61,447 bases of DNA, filler included, from 4 parts of 4 records of this genome joined end to end with filler, not necessarily neighbours in it, one strand, 5' to 3'; positions 38,029-48,183 are shown, numbered from the whole stretch's first letter. The notes: generated from the letters alone by a model not told the origin. Made by a program: numbers and translations.

Positions 38029-39150
38029 TCAATAGGCCCCTTCTTCCAATACGCCATCGGCGCTCATTTGTGCATATAACAGACCCTCACGCAGACCGCG
38101 ATCCGCAACCGAAAGCCGGTCCGTGGGCCAGCAGCGCATCAAGGCCTGCAAAATCGCCGCCCCCGACATGATCAGCGCCGACCGGTCCTGCCCGATCCGC
38201 GGATCGGCGCGGCGGCCATTGGGGCCCATCGCCAGATAGGAATGGATCACCTTGTCGATCTGATCGGTGGTCATCCGCAGCCCATCCACCTTGGTCCGGT
38301 CATAGCGGCGCAGGCCCAGATGGCTGGCGGCGACGGTTGTGACCGTGCCCGAGGTGCCGACAATCTGAAACCGCTCTTGCGGCTGGGCCGAGTGGTAGGG
38401 GGTAAAGTCCTGCAAATTTTCCTCAAAGAACCAGCTCATCAGGGCAAACCGCGCCGCGTCATCGTCCACATCATTGAACTGGTCCCGCAGGGTCGCCACG
38501 CCAAGCGGCACAGAGATCCAATCCACAACCTTGGCCGCCGGAATATCGGTTTTGGCCTGAATGAACCCCGAATGCAGACGCATGATGGATTGCGCGCGGT
38601 CTTTCTTGGGCACCTTGGAAATGTCGATCCAAACGAGTTCTGTTGATCCGCCGCCAATATCCACCACCAGCAGGTTTTCCGTCTTATGATTGACCAGTGG
38701 CGCACAAGAGATCACCGCAAGCTGCGCCTCTTCTTCGGGCTTGATGATATCAAGGCGCAGGCCGGTTTCACGCTGAATGCGGCGCATGAATTCTGCGCCG
38801 TTCTGCGCCCGGCGGCAGGCCTCTGTTGCGACCAGACGCATCCGGCGCACTTTGTTGCGGCGCAATTTCTGCTGACAAATGCGCAGTGCCTGAAGGGTAC
38901 GCGACATGGATCCGCGCGACAAACGCCCGGTGCGTTCCAACCCCGCGCCCAGTTGCACAGATTTGGAAAAACTATCAACCACATGAAAACCGCTGCCCTT
39001 GGGCTGGGCGATCAACATGCGGCAGCTATTTGTACCCAGATCAAGGGCCGCATAGAGGTCAGACGATCTGGGCGGAACTGGCGCGGGGCTCAGAGCCGGT
39101 TTTTTGTCCTTTTCGAGCGCGCCCGCACCTTTGGGACGCTGTGGCGCCAT
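38029..39150 (-). CDS. ppx: Ppx/GppA family exopolyphosphatase
   Basis: [43 protein letters not shown]. Confidence 0.92.
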   Translation of the reverse strand: MAPQRPKGAGALEKDKKPALSPAPVPPRSSDLYAALDLGTNSCRMLIAQPKGSGFHVVDSFSKSVQLGAGLERTGRLSRGSMSRTLQALRICQQKLRRNKVRRMRLVATEACRRAQNGAEFMRRIQRETGLRLDIIKPEEEAQLAVISCAPLVNHKTENLLVVDIGGGSTELVWIDISKVPKKDRAQSIMRLHSGFIQAKTDIPAAKVVDWISVPLGVATLRDQFNDVDDDAARFALMSWFFEENLQDFTPYHSAQPQERFQIVGTSGTVTTVAASHLGLRRYDRTKVDGLRMTTDQIDKVIHSYLAMGPNGRRADPRIGQDRSALIMSGAAILQALMRCWPTDRLSVADRGLREGLLYAQMSADGVLEEGAY

Positions 39151-39238
39151 GGTACTGCGCCTTTCATATCGAGTTGCCCTCAAGGTAGTCGCGCAGGCGG
39201 TCACGCGCAAGCGCGAAGGTTGGACAATCGTGCAAATC

Positions 39239-40000
39239 TTATGCGTCTGGCTGTGCGTCCCGATAGCGGCTGATCCAATCAGCGCTGGTCTCATCAGCCA
39301 GTTTGCGCAGCCCCGGTGCGGTCTTGGCAGCAAGCCCCGGATCCTGCCCGATATGGCGCAGAACCATGGCCAGAGTGAATTTCGGATCGGCAGCGAGATC
39401 CTCGTAGGTGAGTGTCAGCGGCGCAATGCCCTGCGCCTCAAACCAGCGCGGCCATACGGCATCAAAGGCCGTCAGCTCAGCCATTCGCGCCGTGATGACG
39501 GTTGGATCATAACCCATCGGCAATGTTGGCGGCATTTCCTCAAGCGTGCTGCCGTCAGGACGTCCATGCCAAAGCCCTGTTTGCTCTGCACGGATATAGG
39601 ATACAGCCTCGGCCAATTTGTCGCTGCGCGACAGGTATATATAGCGGAGCGGACCAAAGGCCGCTGCGAATCTGTCGGCATCTGTCAAAACCTGTGGATG
39701 TCGCTGCGCCAGCCAATCACTGGCAAACTGCAGATCCGCCCCCATCAGGCGCAAGCCAAAAACTCCCGTGCCCCCTCGCCCGGCCTGGCGCATAGCCGCA
39801 AAATACTGCGCGGTAAAATCCTCATCCTGCCAATCCGCGCCCTGTCCCAGCGCCCATTCATCAGCCCAATATTGCAGGCTTTTTTGCCGAAAGAACGAGT
39901 TTGGACACCCCGCGACCCCGGTTTGGGCCAGCAAATCGCACAATAGCGTCGTGCCGCTGCGCGGGGTGCTGCACAGGATATATGCGGTGGGCTGGTCCAT
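39239..40000 (-). CDS. Stf0 family sulfotransferase
   Basis: CSTPRSGTTLL (PAPS-binding), YLSRSDKLAEAVS, TGLWH, YEDL. Confidence 0.92.
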   Translation of the reverse strand: MDQPTAYILCSTPRSGTTLLCDLLAQTGVAGCPNSFFRQKSLQYWADEWALGQGADWQDEDFTAQYFAAMRQAGRGGTGVFGLRLMGADLQFASDWLAQRHPQVLTDADRFAAAFGPLRYIYLSRSDKLAEAVSYIRAEQTGLWHGRPDGSTLEEMPPTLPMGYDPTVITARMAELTAFDAVWPRWFEAQGIAPLTLTYEDLAADPKFTLAMVLRHIGQDPGLAAKTAPGLRKLADETSADWISRYRDAQPDA

Positions 40001-40213
40001 GGAGAACAGAGCTAACAATCCCCGGAACGCCTGTCCATGTGGTGCGCCTCACAACAAAGGTGAATATTATGATGCTCCGCCCCCCTCGCGGTGCAGGTCG
40101 CTGCGGGATAAACCTCACTGCGTCGCGGATGGAATGCTTTCGGTCGATATTCTGCCGCGTTTGAGCAACGTCTGCCGTTAGACAGGCCATGAAACGCAAC
40201 AAGGGACGGGCAC

Positions 40214-40384
40214 ATGCCAGAGGTCACAATCGTATATTGGCGGGATATTCCGGCGCAGGTGATTGTCGGAAAAGGCCGCCGCGGGGAAAAGCGTGCTTTG
40301 CCGGAACGGTTTGAGCAGGCGATTGACCGCGCAGCCATGAAAGTGGGCGCCGAGGACACCGATGCCTATCTGGCCGAATGGCGC
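40214..40384 (+). CDS. 'Virulence factor' (Virulence_fact/CvfC-like) domain protein (3'-truncated)
   Basis: IVYWRDIPAQV, RFEQAIDRAAM, DAYLAEWR. Confidence 0.85.
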
Positions 40385-40484
40385 NNNNNNNNNNNNNNNN
40401 NNNNNNNNNNNNNNNNNNNNNNNNNNNNTTAATTAATTAANNNNNNNNNNNNNNNNNNNNNNNNNNNNNNNNNNNNNNNNNNNN
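40385..40484. other. Artificial contig linker
   Basis: N-run, TTAATTAATTAA (40429-40440), N-run. Confidence 0.99.
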
Positions 40485-40942
40485 GCGGCGGCCCCGGCGT
40501 GATGGAGGCGGGCAGTAGAGGCGCAGCAGATGCAGGCGGCGTGTCGATCGGGCTCAATATCGTTCTGCCCCACGAACAGGCGCCCAATGAATACGTCACG
40601 CCGGACCTGTGCTTCAACTTCCACTACTTCGCCATCCGCAAGATGCATTTCCTGATGCGCGCCAAGGCGATCACCATCTTCCCCGGTGGCTTCGGTACGC
40701 TGGACGAGATGTTCGAAAGCCTGACGCTGATCCAGACAGGCCGGATGGAACGGGTCCCCTTCCTGCTGTTCGGGCGGGCCTTCTGGGAAAAGATCATCAA
40801 CTGGGAAGCCTTGTCCGACGCCGGCACGATCAGTGCGGAAGACCTCAACCTCTTCCGCTTTGTCGAAACCGCAGAAGAGGCCGTCGAGATCATCGACACA
40901 TGGGGCGACACCGCGCGGCGGGGGGACATACCCGGTCGCTAA
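40485..40942 (+). CDS. LOG family nucleotide phosphoribohydrolase (5'-truncated)
   Basis: GPGVMEA, GLNIVLPHEQ, FAIRKMHF, PGGFGTLDE. Confidence 0.94.
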
Positions 40943-40957
40943 GCCACCCGTCTGTCA

Positions 40958-42010
40958 TCAGCCGATCAACCAATCGGCCAGCGCGATCCACGCAGGTATG
41001 CTGAGAATGGCAACCGGCGTGCCCAACCCCGTGGAGGTGCCCACATAGGACGAAGGATTGGCCTCGGGCAGGGCCCCGCGCAATGTCGGCGGACCCGAGA
41101 TGTCAGAGCTGGACGAGGCCATCACCGCAAGCAACACGGCGCCACCCGCCGAGAAGCCGGTCAGTTCATGCGCAATCATCCCCGCGCCGAACCCAATGGC
41201 GCCATGCAGGATCGGCCCCGCGATGCCATACAGAATATAGGCATGGGCCACCCGCCTCAGTTCCGACAACCGCGCCCAGGCCTCCATCCCCATGACCAGC
41301 ATCAGGATCGACAGGAAACCCCGGAAAAGCTGTTCGTAAAAGCTGTGATAGACCGCGCTGACATTTGCCAGCAGGCCGATGGCAAGCCCAAGCAGCAGCG
41401 CGGAAATCGCCGGGCTGCGGAACGTGTCGGTCAGGATGTCCTTAACCATTCCCTTCTCCATCCCCTCGATCTGGGTGCCACCACCTCCCAATGCCGCCGT
41501 GCCGCCGCCCGTCACGACAGCCGCCTTCCGCGCCACGCTGACCCGGGCCAGCACGATGGCTGTCACCAGCGCCGCAATATCCATGAACGGGTACAGCGCG
41601 CCGATGAAACCTTCGTAGGGGATCTGCTGTTCATCCAGCATCACCATACCTGCAGCGAGGGTAGAGGCCGAAACCGCACCAAACAGCCCGGCTGTCGCCA
41701 ACCCGTCTACCTTTGAGACTCCGTTCATCCGCGCCAATGTCCGACTACCGATCAAGACAATGGCGACACCGACCAGCGCGGCCAGAACGCCCGGGACAAT
41801 CAGCGTCACGAAATCGGCTTCTCTCACCGATATCCCGGCGCTCAGTCCGACCTTCAGCAGCAACACCAGCACGATGAACTTGTAGACCGCGTCGGGAACC
41901 GTCAGGCGACTGCCGAGCGCGGCAATGACAAGCCCGCCGATCAGGAAGGCGAGCGTGGGATTGCGCAACTGATCAAGGGTCGTTGCGGCGATGTTGGCAA
42001 ACAGGTCCAT
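40958..42010 (-). CDS. sbtA: SbtA family sodium-dependent bicarbonate transporter
   Basis: PTLAFLIGG, LLLKVGLSAG, GLFGAVSASTL, LYPFMDIAAL, SSSDISGPPTLRGALPEANPSSY. GGAGG RBS. Confidence 0.9.
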   Translation of the reverse strand: MDLFANIAATTLDQLRNPTLAFLIGGLVIAALGSRLTVPDAVYKFIVLVLLLKVGLSAGISVREADFVTLIVPGVLAALVGVAIVLIGSRTLARMNGVSKVDGLATAGLFGAVSASTLAAGMVMLDEQQIPYEGFIGALYPFMDIAALVTAIVLARVSVARKAAVVTGGGTAALGGGGTQIEGMEKGMVKDILTDTFRSPAISALLLGLAIGLLANVSAVYHSFYEQLFRGFLSILMLVMGMEAWARLSELRRVAHAYILYGIAGPILHGAIGFGAGMIAHELTGFSAGGAVLLAVMASSSSDISGPPTLRGALPEANPSSYVGTSTGLGTPVAILSIPAWIALADWLIG

Positions 42011-42104
42011 GGCATATCCCTCCGTTTGGATCTGCGCTTGGCTACCGCTGCCGCCGTGAAATAAAAAATATATCTTTTCTGTAGTTTTGTTTTATTTTCT
42101 CAAA

Positions 42105-42986
42105 ATGAATACGCTGAACTATCACCATTTGCGCTATTTTCGGGAAGTGGCCCGGCAAGGCCATCTTGGCCGCGCGGCAGAGACGCTGAACCTGTCTCAG
42201 TCGGCGATGTCCATTCAAATCCGCCAGTTGGAGGACCGGCTTGGCCACAAGCTGTTTGACCGGGTCGGTCGGCGGCTGATCCTGACCGAAGCGGGGCGTA
42301 TCGCGCTGGACCACGCCGAGCGGATATTTACGGCGGGTGAAGACCTTGTCGCCACGCTGAACCGGAACAACGCAACCAACCCGCCCCTTCGCGTCGGCGC
42401 GCTGTCCACGCTCTCTCGCAACTTCCAGCTTCAGTTCCTTCGGCCCGCGTTGGCCGCGACCTGCGATGTGGCCCTGAGATCTGGCAATACCCGCACCTTG
42501 CTGGCTGATCTGGCTGCTCTGGCACTGGATGTGGTGCTGACGACAGAGGTTCCAAACAGCAATCAAGGCGTTGATTTCGCCGCACAACGCCTATCCGAAC
42601 AACCCGTTGCCCTGCACGGAACCCCCGACCGGCTGCGCCATTCCACCCTGCGGGCCCTTCTGGAAAACGAACCGCTGATCCTGCCCACGGAAAACACAAT
42701 CAGGGCCGGGATGGACAATCTGCTTGCCCGGCTTCAGGTCAGTCCCCGCATCGCCGCCACGGTCGATGACATGGCCATGGTCCGCCTGCTGGCACGCGAA
42801 GGTGTGGGTCTTGCCGTCGCGCCTGCGGTGGTTCTGGCGGATGAGATCACCAGCGGCAGGATTGTCACTGCGCCCCACGATCTCGGCATATCGGAGCCGT
42901 TCTACGCCGTCACCGTTACACGCCAGTTCCCGCACCCGGTCCTCTCAAGGCTTCTCGCGGCCGGGGATGCGATTACTCCAGAATGA
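42105..42986 (+). CDS. LysR family regulator, NhaR-like
   Basis: LNYHHLRYF, LRVGALSTLSRNFQ, VDDMAMVRLLAR. Divergent from sbtA. Confidence 0.93.
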   Translation: MNTLNYHHLRYFREVARQGHLGRAAETLNLSQSAMSIQIRQLEDRLGHKLFDRVGRRLILTEAGRIALDHAERIFTAGEDLVATLNRNNATNPPLRVGALSTLSRNFQLQFLRPALAATCDVALRSGNTRTLLADLAALALDVVLTTEVPNSNQGVDFAAQRLSEQPVALHGTPDRLRHSTLRALLENEPLILPTENTIRAGMDNLLARLQVSPRIAATVDDMAMVRLLAREGVGLAVAPAVVLADEITSGRIVTAPHDLGISEPFYAVTVTRQFPHPVLSRLLAAGDAITPE

Positions 42987-43854
42987 CCTCGACCAGTTCC
43001 GTGGGCAGGATCGGGCTGAAATTATCGTCCGACACCATGCTGGCGACCAGCCTGTCCTGACCGTCGCGCCAGACGCTCAGACCCTCCAGGTTCGAGAACC
43101 CGCCATGGGGCGATTGCCAGATGGTATCGCCCCCGGCCATCCCGTCTGACGTCACCTCGAACCGGCGAATACGGCCTGCGAATCCGAACAGGATGCTGAA
43201 ATCCCGCTCCAGCAGGTAGAATCGGTCCTGATCATCGAAATCCGCACCGACGGGCAGAAACCGCCCTTCTCTCGGGATGGTCCAGCTTTCGTCCCACACG
43301 CCATTGGCGTAGCGAAACAGAGGAAAATCGGTCTCCCAATCGCCGGATCGCTCCGGCAGCGTGTAAAGCGTGCCTTGGGCATCCACCGCCAGCGCCTCTA
43401 ACGAGGCATTGGGCTGCAACACGGCAAAGCCTTCTGCGGCGGGCAGGACCGTGTCGCCATTGGCGTGATGCAGCACAACGCGGTGATCCCCCTCAAAGGA
43501 CAGGAACATCCGGCCATCATCCGCAATCGCCAGCCCCTCGCTATCGCGTGTGGCGCGTCCGCCACGATCGCCATTGCGGGCGTTCAGCAGCTCCGGTTCC
43601 GCCAGCGCCAGCGCCACCACACGCCCCGCCGCGTCGCGGCTGATCTGCCCCCGGATCAACGCACCACGATCCGACAGGGCCACCAGCCCCGCACCGCCTT
43701 CGGTGATCTCGACCGCCGACAAGCCACCGACCATCGGATGGTCCGACCGGATCGCAAACGCGCCAAGCAGCCCCGGCTCTTGCGCAAGCGCACTCAGGGC
43801 AATCCCCGCGGCCAGCGCCGCCGTCAGCGCGAGCTGACCAGAACGCGGCTGCAT
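42973..43854 (-). CDS. Phytase-like esterase (beta-propeller) family exported protein
   Basis: GGLSAV, LSDRG, DSEGLA, SFEG, NASLEALA, NLEGL, VSDDNF. Signal peptide present; start approximate. Confidence 0.88.
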   Translation of the reverse strand: MQPRSGQLALTAALAAGIALSALAQEPGLLGAFAIRSDHPMVGGLSAVEITEGGAGLVALSDRGALIRGQISRDAAGRVVALALAEPELLNARNGDRGGRATRDSEGLAIADDGRMFLSFEGDHRVVLHHANGDTVLPAAEGFAVLQPNASLEALAVDAQGTLYTLPERSGDWETDFPLFRYANGVWDESWTIPREGRFLPVGADFDDQDRFYLLERDFSILFGFAGRIRRFEVTSDGMAGGDTIWQSPHGGFSNLEGLSVWRDGQDRLVASMVSDDNFSPILPTELVEVILE

Positions 43855-44747
43855 TGGTTCGGCAAATCGCTCAGCATGATTTCTCCGCGCACCGGGGCGG
43901 GGCGGTTCGGATCGGGCTGTGGGGGTGGTGGGTTCAGGATATTGCGCTGCCACGCCCGCGCCTCGTCACAGCCATCGCCCGGCGGCGGCGCAACCTGTTC
44001 GACGCAATCGGGCGAGCCATCCGGGCAGTGCAGCCGCACATGGAAATGATAGTGATGCCCGTGCAGGGGCCGGATCTGGCGCAGGTAAGACCGGTCGCCG
44101 GTTTCATTGTCACACATCCAGACCTTGGCGCCGGGGAAGACGAAAATCCGCGCCACGCGCGGGTCGCTGGCGGCCTCTCGCAGCAGATGCCAATGCTGCG
44201 CGGTCCAGTTTTCCCCCACATAAGCCCCCCGCGCCCGACGGGTGGAGATGGAGGACAGAGCCTCGCGGTCGGCTTCGCTCAGATTCAGCCTGTCGGGCGG
44301 CAGCATCCAGATATCGGCATCCAGACCCGATTGGTGGCTGGCATGACCGGTCAGCATCGGCCCGCCGCGTGGCTGTGCCATGTCACCAACATAAAGCCCC
44401 TCCCACCCCGGAAGCGTTGCGGCATAACGCGACAGATCCTGCACGAAGTCGATCATATCGGGATGCGCCCAGTTGCGGTTGCGGCTCAGCCGCATGGCCT
44501 GCCATGTCGGGCCGGTCTCGGGCAGTTGTTCCGCCCCTTGGATACAGCCCCGCGCATAGCCGCCATAGACCCGCGCCCGCCCGTCAGAGGCCTCCAGCAG
44601 ATGGCCAAACAGCCGCCGCGCCGGGGTCGCGCTCATGGTGGAAAGCGTCACGCGCTGTTCCTGGTTCAGGGGCGGGTCCGGGCTGTCCACGGAACAGGAG
44701 GACAGGGAAACCACACATAAACCGGCAAACAGGGCGCGTAAAAGCAT
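43824..44747 (-). CDS. mepA: Penicillin-insensitive murein endopeptidase
   Basis: GCIQGA, WQAMRLSRNRNWAHP, GDMAQPRGG, HASHQSGLDAD, HHYHFHVR. Lipobox LSSC. Confidence 0.95.
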   Translation of the reverse strand: MLLRALFAGLCVVSLSSCSVDSPDPPLNQEQRVTLSTMSATPARRLFGHLLEASDGRARVYGGYARGCIQGAEQLPETGPTWQAMRLSRNRNWAHPDMIDFVQDLSRYAATLPGWEGLYVGDMAQPRGGPMLTGHASHQSGLDADIWMLPPDRLNLSEADREALSSISTRRARGAYVGENWTAQHWHLLREAASDPRVARIFVFPGAKVWMCDNETGDRSYLRQIRPLHGHHYHFHVRLHCPDGSPDCVEQVAPPPGDGCDEARAWQRNILNPPPPQPDPNRPAPVRGEIMLSDLPNQCSRVLVSSR

Positions 44748-46114
44748 CAGGCGCTTTCTCCGTTGGGCTTTACCCAAATCAACATAACCAATCCGATACA
44801 GAATAGCGCAATCAGCGGCGTAATCCCAAGCCTTTGATTGTTGGTGATGTCGGTGGTCAACGCAATCAGCGACGGCGCAAGGAACGTGGTGGCCTTGCCC
44901 GACAGGGCATAAAGCCCGAACGCTTCGGTCATCCGTTCGGGATTGGCCTGCTTGGTCATCATGTTGCGGCTGGCCGACTGCACGGCCCCTCCCGCTGCCC
45001 CGATCAACAGACCGGCCACGTAGAACAACACGTCGGGCAGAGATGATCCTTCTGCAACGGCCATGCCAAAGACAGCGTCAGGTGACAGGCCCACGATCAT
45101 GCAGGCGGTCAAGATCAGCACCACGCAGCACACCACGATCACCGGCATCGGCCCGAACTTGCGGTCGGCATGACCGCCGATCCAAGCGAAGATCGCACCC
45201 GATATGGCCGCCAGAATGCCGAATATCCCGACCTCCATGATCGACCAGTTCAGCACGCCTAGCGCGTAGATGCCGCCAAACGTATACATCCCGTTCAACG
45301 CATCGCGATAGAACATCGAACTGCCCAGATAAGCCAGCAGGCTGGGATGCTGCGGCAGACCCTTGATGGTCTTCCAAAGGTCGCGCAGTCCCTCGCCAAT
45401 CCGGTAATGGGCCCCGTCATGCGGCGGTGCCTCCTTCACCCACAGAAAGAAGGGGATCATGAACACCGCGTACCACAGCGCGCTAAGCGGCCCGACCACG
45501 CGGGTATCGGCCCCGGTTGCGGGATCAAGACCGAACAGCGGTTCCAGCCCCAGCATCGTGCGCCCTTCATCACCGGCCTGAAAGAACACCAGCATGATCG
45601 CCAGCGCCACCACCCCGCCGACATAGCCAAAGCCCCAGCCCGACCCGGAAATCCGGCCAAGCTCTTCCTTCGGTCCCATGGTCGGCAGATAGGCATTGGT
45701 AAAGATCGTCGCGAATTCCATCCCGATCAGACCCATGCCGAAAAACACCAGCGCCCAGATGGCCGAAAAGCTGTCCGGCGCGGTATACCAGCAGCCCCAG
45801 GCCCCCACGACATACAGCGCCGAGAACAGCCAGATCCACGGCATCCGCCGCCCCGACGTGTCCGCCACGCTGCCAAGGATCGGCGCCAATATCGCAATCA
45901 TGAACCCGGCCAGTGCCAGCCCATACCCCCACAGCGCCTGCGCTTCGGCCTCGGCGGCCTGTTCGCTCATGCCGCCCGCCATCAGCGCCTCGGCGGCGGT
46001 CTGCCCGAAATAGGGGCCGAAGATGAAGGTCAGCATCAGCGTGTTATAGGGCTGACTGGCCCAGTCGAAGAAATACCAGCCCCAGATACGCTTGGTCGTC
46101 GAAATCTCAGCCAT
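44747..46114 (-). CDS. MFS transporter (ATG22/UMF1-like)
   Basis: WYFFDWASQPY, GRISGSGWGFGYVGG, QSASR, EAFGLYALSGKAT. TGATG overlap with mepA. Confidence 0.92.
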   Translation of the reverse strand: MAEISTTKRIWGWYFFDWASQPYNTLMLTFIFGPYFGQTAAEALMAGGMSEQAAEAEAQALWGYGLALAGFMIAILAPILGSVADTSGRRMPWIWLFSALYVVGAWGCWYTAPDSFSAIWALVFFGMGLIGMEFATIFTNAYLPTMGPKEELGRISGSGWGFGYVGGVVALAIMLVFFQAGDEGRTMLGLEPLFGLDPATGADTRVVGPLSALWYAVFMIPFFLWVKEAPPHDGAHYRIGEGLRDLWKTIKGLPQHPSLLAYLGSSMFYRDALNGMYTFGGIYALGVLNWSIMEVGIFGILAAISGAIFAWIGGHADRKFGPMPVIVVCCVVLILTACMIVGLSPDAVFGMAVAEGSSLPDVLFYVAGLLIGAAGGAVQSASRNMMTKQANPERMTEAFGLYALSGKATTFLAPSLIALTTDITNNQRLGITPLIALFCIGLVMLIWVKPNGESA

Positions 46115-46183
46115 GTCCCGCCCCTCATGTCCTGTCCGCGCAGCTTTCAGACATTGAGGGAGTTTGGCAATGAAAAAGGCAGA

Positions 46184-46714
46184 TTACCTTGCAGGTGGCC
46201 AGGGCCGCAGGGCATCGGCGTCGATCCAGGCCTGCACCCAATCGGGCAGCGGTGGCGATTGCGGGTCGATGCCCAGCGCCTCTGCGACCCGCTCCATCGG
46301 CACGATCCCGGCCCGATCTGTCACGGCAGACCGATAGACGATCTGGTTACAGCAGGTCTGCCCTTTCCACATGGATTGCTCCAGATAGAGAAACCGCGCG
46401 TCCCAGCCCACGACCCGGCTGCGCATTTCCACCACCTCGAATGTCCGGATCCGCGCCCGGTAGCGCACCGAGGCCCCCGCCATCGTCATTCCCCAGCCTT
46501 CACGCTTCAGCAGGTCAACCAACCCGGCCCGTTTCGCCAGGGGAATGCGGCCAAGGTCATAGAAGGTCAGGGTGCGCCCGTTGTTCAGCTCCATCCACAG
46601 GTCGATATCCCACGGCCAGCAGCGATGATGGCTGACATGGGTGCCGGTCACGGGCAGGGCCGGGGCTTTGCGGGTGACGGCCAGCTGATAGACCATGCGA
46701 ATGACGGGATACAT
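46184..46714 (-). CDS. Acyl-CoA thioesterase (hotdog fold)
   Basis: CWPWDIDLWMELNNGRTLTFYDLGR, GASVRYR, YLEQ. Confidence 0.9.
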   Translation of the reverse strand: MYPVIRMVYQLAVTRKAPALPVTGTHVSHHRCWPWDIDLWMELNNGRTLTFYDLGRIPLAKRAGLVDLLKREGWGMTMAGASVRYRARIRTFEVVEMRSRVVGWDARFLYLEQSMWKGQTCCNQIVYRSAVTDRAGIVPMERVAEALGIDPQSPPLPDWVQAWIDADALRPWPPAR

Positions 46715-46872
46715 CGGGATTTCCTCGGCAAAGGGCAACGCCCTTCTCAGACGAGAGCCCGCCAGCAAGGTCAACCGGCTCCGTTGCGTCACGCGGGCCA
46801 CCGTCACACCCTTGTCTTCGCCCCCGCCCCCGCTTACCTGTGTGCGAACCTCAGATAACCACGGAACCCGCC

Positions 46873-47160
46873 ATGCTGTCGCTTTTCCAGATCCTGCTGA
46901 TGCTGATAAGCGTCGCCAAATTCATCATCATCGCCCATATCATCATGAGTTGGCTGATCAATTTCGGCGTCCTGAACATGCACCAGCCGCTGGTGGCGCA
47001 AATCTGGCGCGGATTGAACCAGTTGCTGGAACCGATCTATGGTCCGATCCGCCGGCGGCTGCCCGATATGGGCGGGCTCGACCTCGCGCCTCTGATCGTG
47101 ATCCTCGGCCTCTTCGCCGCCGAAATCCTGATCCGCAACAACGCAATACACTTCATCTAG
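46873..47160 (+). CDS. YggT family membrane protein
   Basis: IIMSWL, EPIYGPIRRRLP, GGLDLAPL. Confidence 0.95.
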   Translation: MLSLFQILLMLISVAKFIIIAHIIMSWLINFGVLNMHQPLVAQIWRGLNQLLEPIYGPIRRRLPDMGGLDLAPLIVILGLFAAEILIRNNAIHFI

Positions 47161-47213
47161 CCCTTCTTCTTGGTGCAAATACTCCGGGGAGCGCGAGGGG
47201 TGGAACCCCTCGC
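47161..47213. repeat. Short palindromic intergenic element (REP-like, Rhodobacteraceae style)
   Basis: TTCTTCTTGGTGCAAATACTCCGGGG followed by stem GCGAGGGGT-GGA-ACCCCTCGC, between convergent genes. Only one copy here. Confidence 0.5.
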
Positions 47214-47252
47214 ACGGGTCGGATTGCGCAGCAATTCGAAACCCTGTCAGGC

Positions 47253-47927
47253 TTAGTGATCGCCCGCAAAAGGCGCATCGTCGCCCCATAGCGCCGATAC
47301 CCGGGCATCGCGCCCGCAGCCCTGCCGGTACAGCCCATAGGCCACCGATTTCCGGCGCGGGCCAAAACGGGTCAGAACCAGATCTTCGCTGCGATAATAA
47401 TTCTGGTGATACTCTTCCGCAGGCCAGAACGGCGCGGCGTCCAGCACCGGCGTGACCACCGCCTGCCCAAGCTGCGCCTCCGCCACGGCAATCTCGGCCT
47501 CGGCAATCGCGCGCTCCTCGGGCGTGCCCACGAAAATGGCGGTGCGATAGCTGTGGCCCCGGTCGCAGAACTGCCCGCCATCATCTGTCACGTCGATCGA
47601 GCGCAGGAACAGGTGGATAAGCTCCTGATAGGGCAGCCGGTCGGCATCATAGGTAATCTCTACCACCTCGTAATGTCCGGTGCCGCCGCGCGTCACGTCG
47701 CGATAGCTGGGGTTGTCCAGCGTGCCACCCGCAAATCCAGATACCGCCTCGATCACCCCATCGACGCTTTCGAAATCGCTTTCGACGCACCAGAAACAGC
47801 CGCCCGCAACCACGGCAGTGCGGATCTCTTCCGCGTTGGCGCGGCTGTGGCTGGCAAGCAGACCCAGCCCGATGAACAGGGCAAGGGCGGGGATTTTCAG
47901 ATGTTCTGCGATGCGGATGCGGGGCAT
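47253..47927 (-). CDS. msrA: Peptide-methionine (S)-S-oxide reductase, exported form
   Basis: [33 protein letters not shown]-terminal signal peptide ending ANA. Confidence 0.93.
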   Translation of the reverse strand: MPRIRIAEHLKIPALALFIGLGLLASHSRANAEEIRTAVVAGGCFWCVESDFESVDGVIEAVSGFAGGTLDNPSYRDVTRGGTGHYEVVEITYDADRLPYQELIHLFLRSIDVTDDGGQFCDRGHSYRTAIFVGTPEERAIAEAEIAVAEAQLGQAVVTPVLDAAPFWPAEEYHQNYYRSEDLVLTRFGPRRKSVAYGLYRQGCGRDARVSALWGDDAPFAGDH

Positions 47928-48057
47928 GGCGTGTGTCTCCTATCTGATCCATCCATCCCGCCTGAGGGGATGAAATACAACGCAAGAGAGCGTGAACTCA
48001 CGCTGGCTTGAGCGCTGTTACAGGCCGCGCACCCGCTTGCGGAAAAGCGCCTCCGTA

Positions 48058-48083
48058 TGTACGGGGGGTGCACGGGGGGTGTA
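48058..48083. repeat. 11-bp tandem repeat at the contig end
   Basis: TGTACGGGGGG-TGCACGGGGGG-TGTA running into the linker. Confidence 0.65.
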
Positions 48084-48183
48084 NNNNNNNNNNNNNNNNN
48101 NNNNNNNNNNNNNNNNNNNNNNNNNNNTTAATTAATTAANNNNNNNNNNNNNNNNNNNNNNNNNNNNNNNNNNNNNNNNNNNN
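48084..48183. other. Artificial contig linker
   Basis: N-run, TTAATTAATTAA (48128-48139), N-run. Confidence 0.99.

Noticed and set aside
40063-40213. SAM/SAH-type riboswitch upstream of the virulence-factor gene
   Set aside because: Only a TCACAAC fragment nearby resembles it; the rest of the consensus is absent.
45347-46858. 503-aa plus-strand ORF
   Set aside because: Antisense to the MFS and thioesterase genes; Arg/Pro/His-rich with no domain signal.
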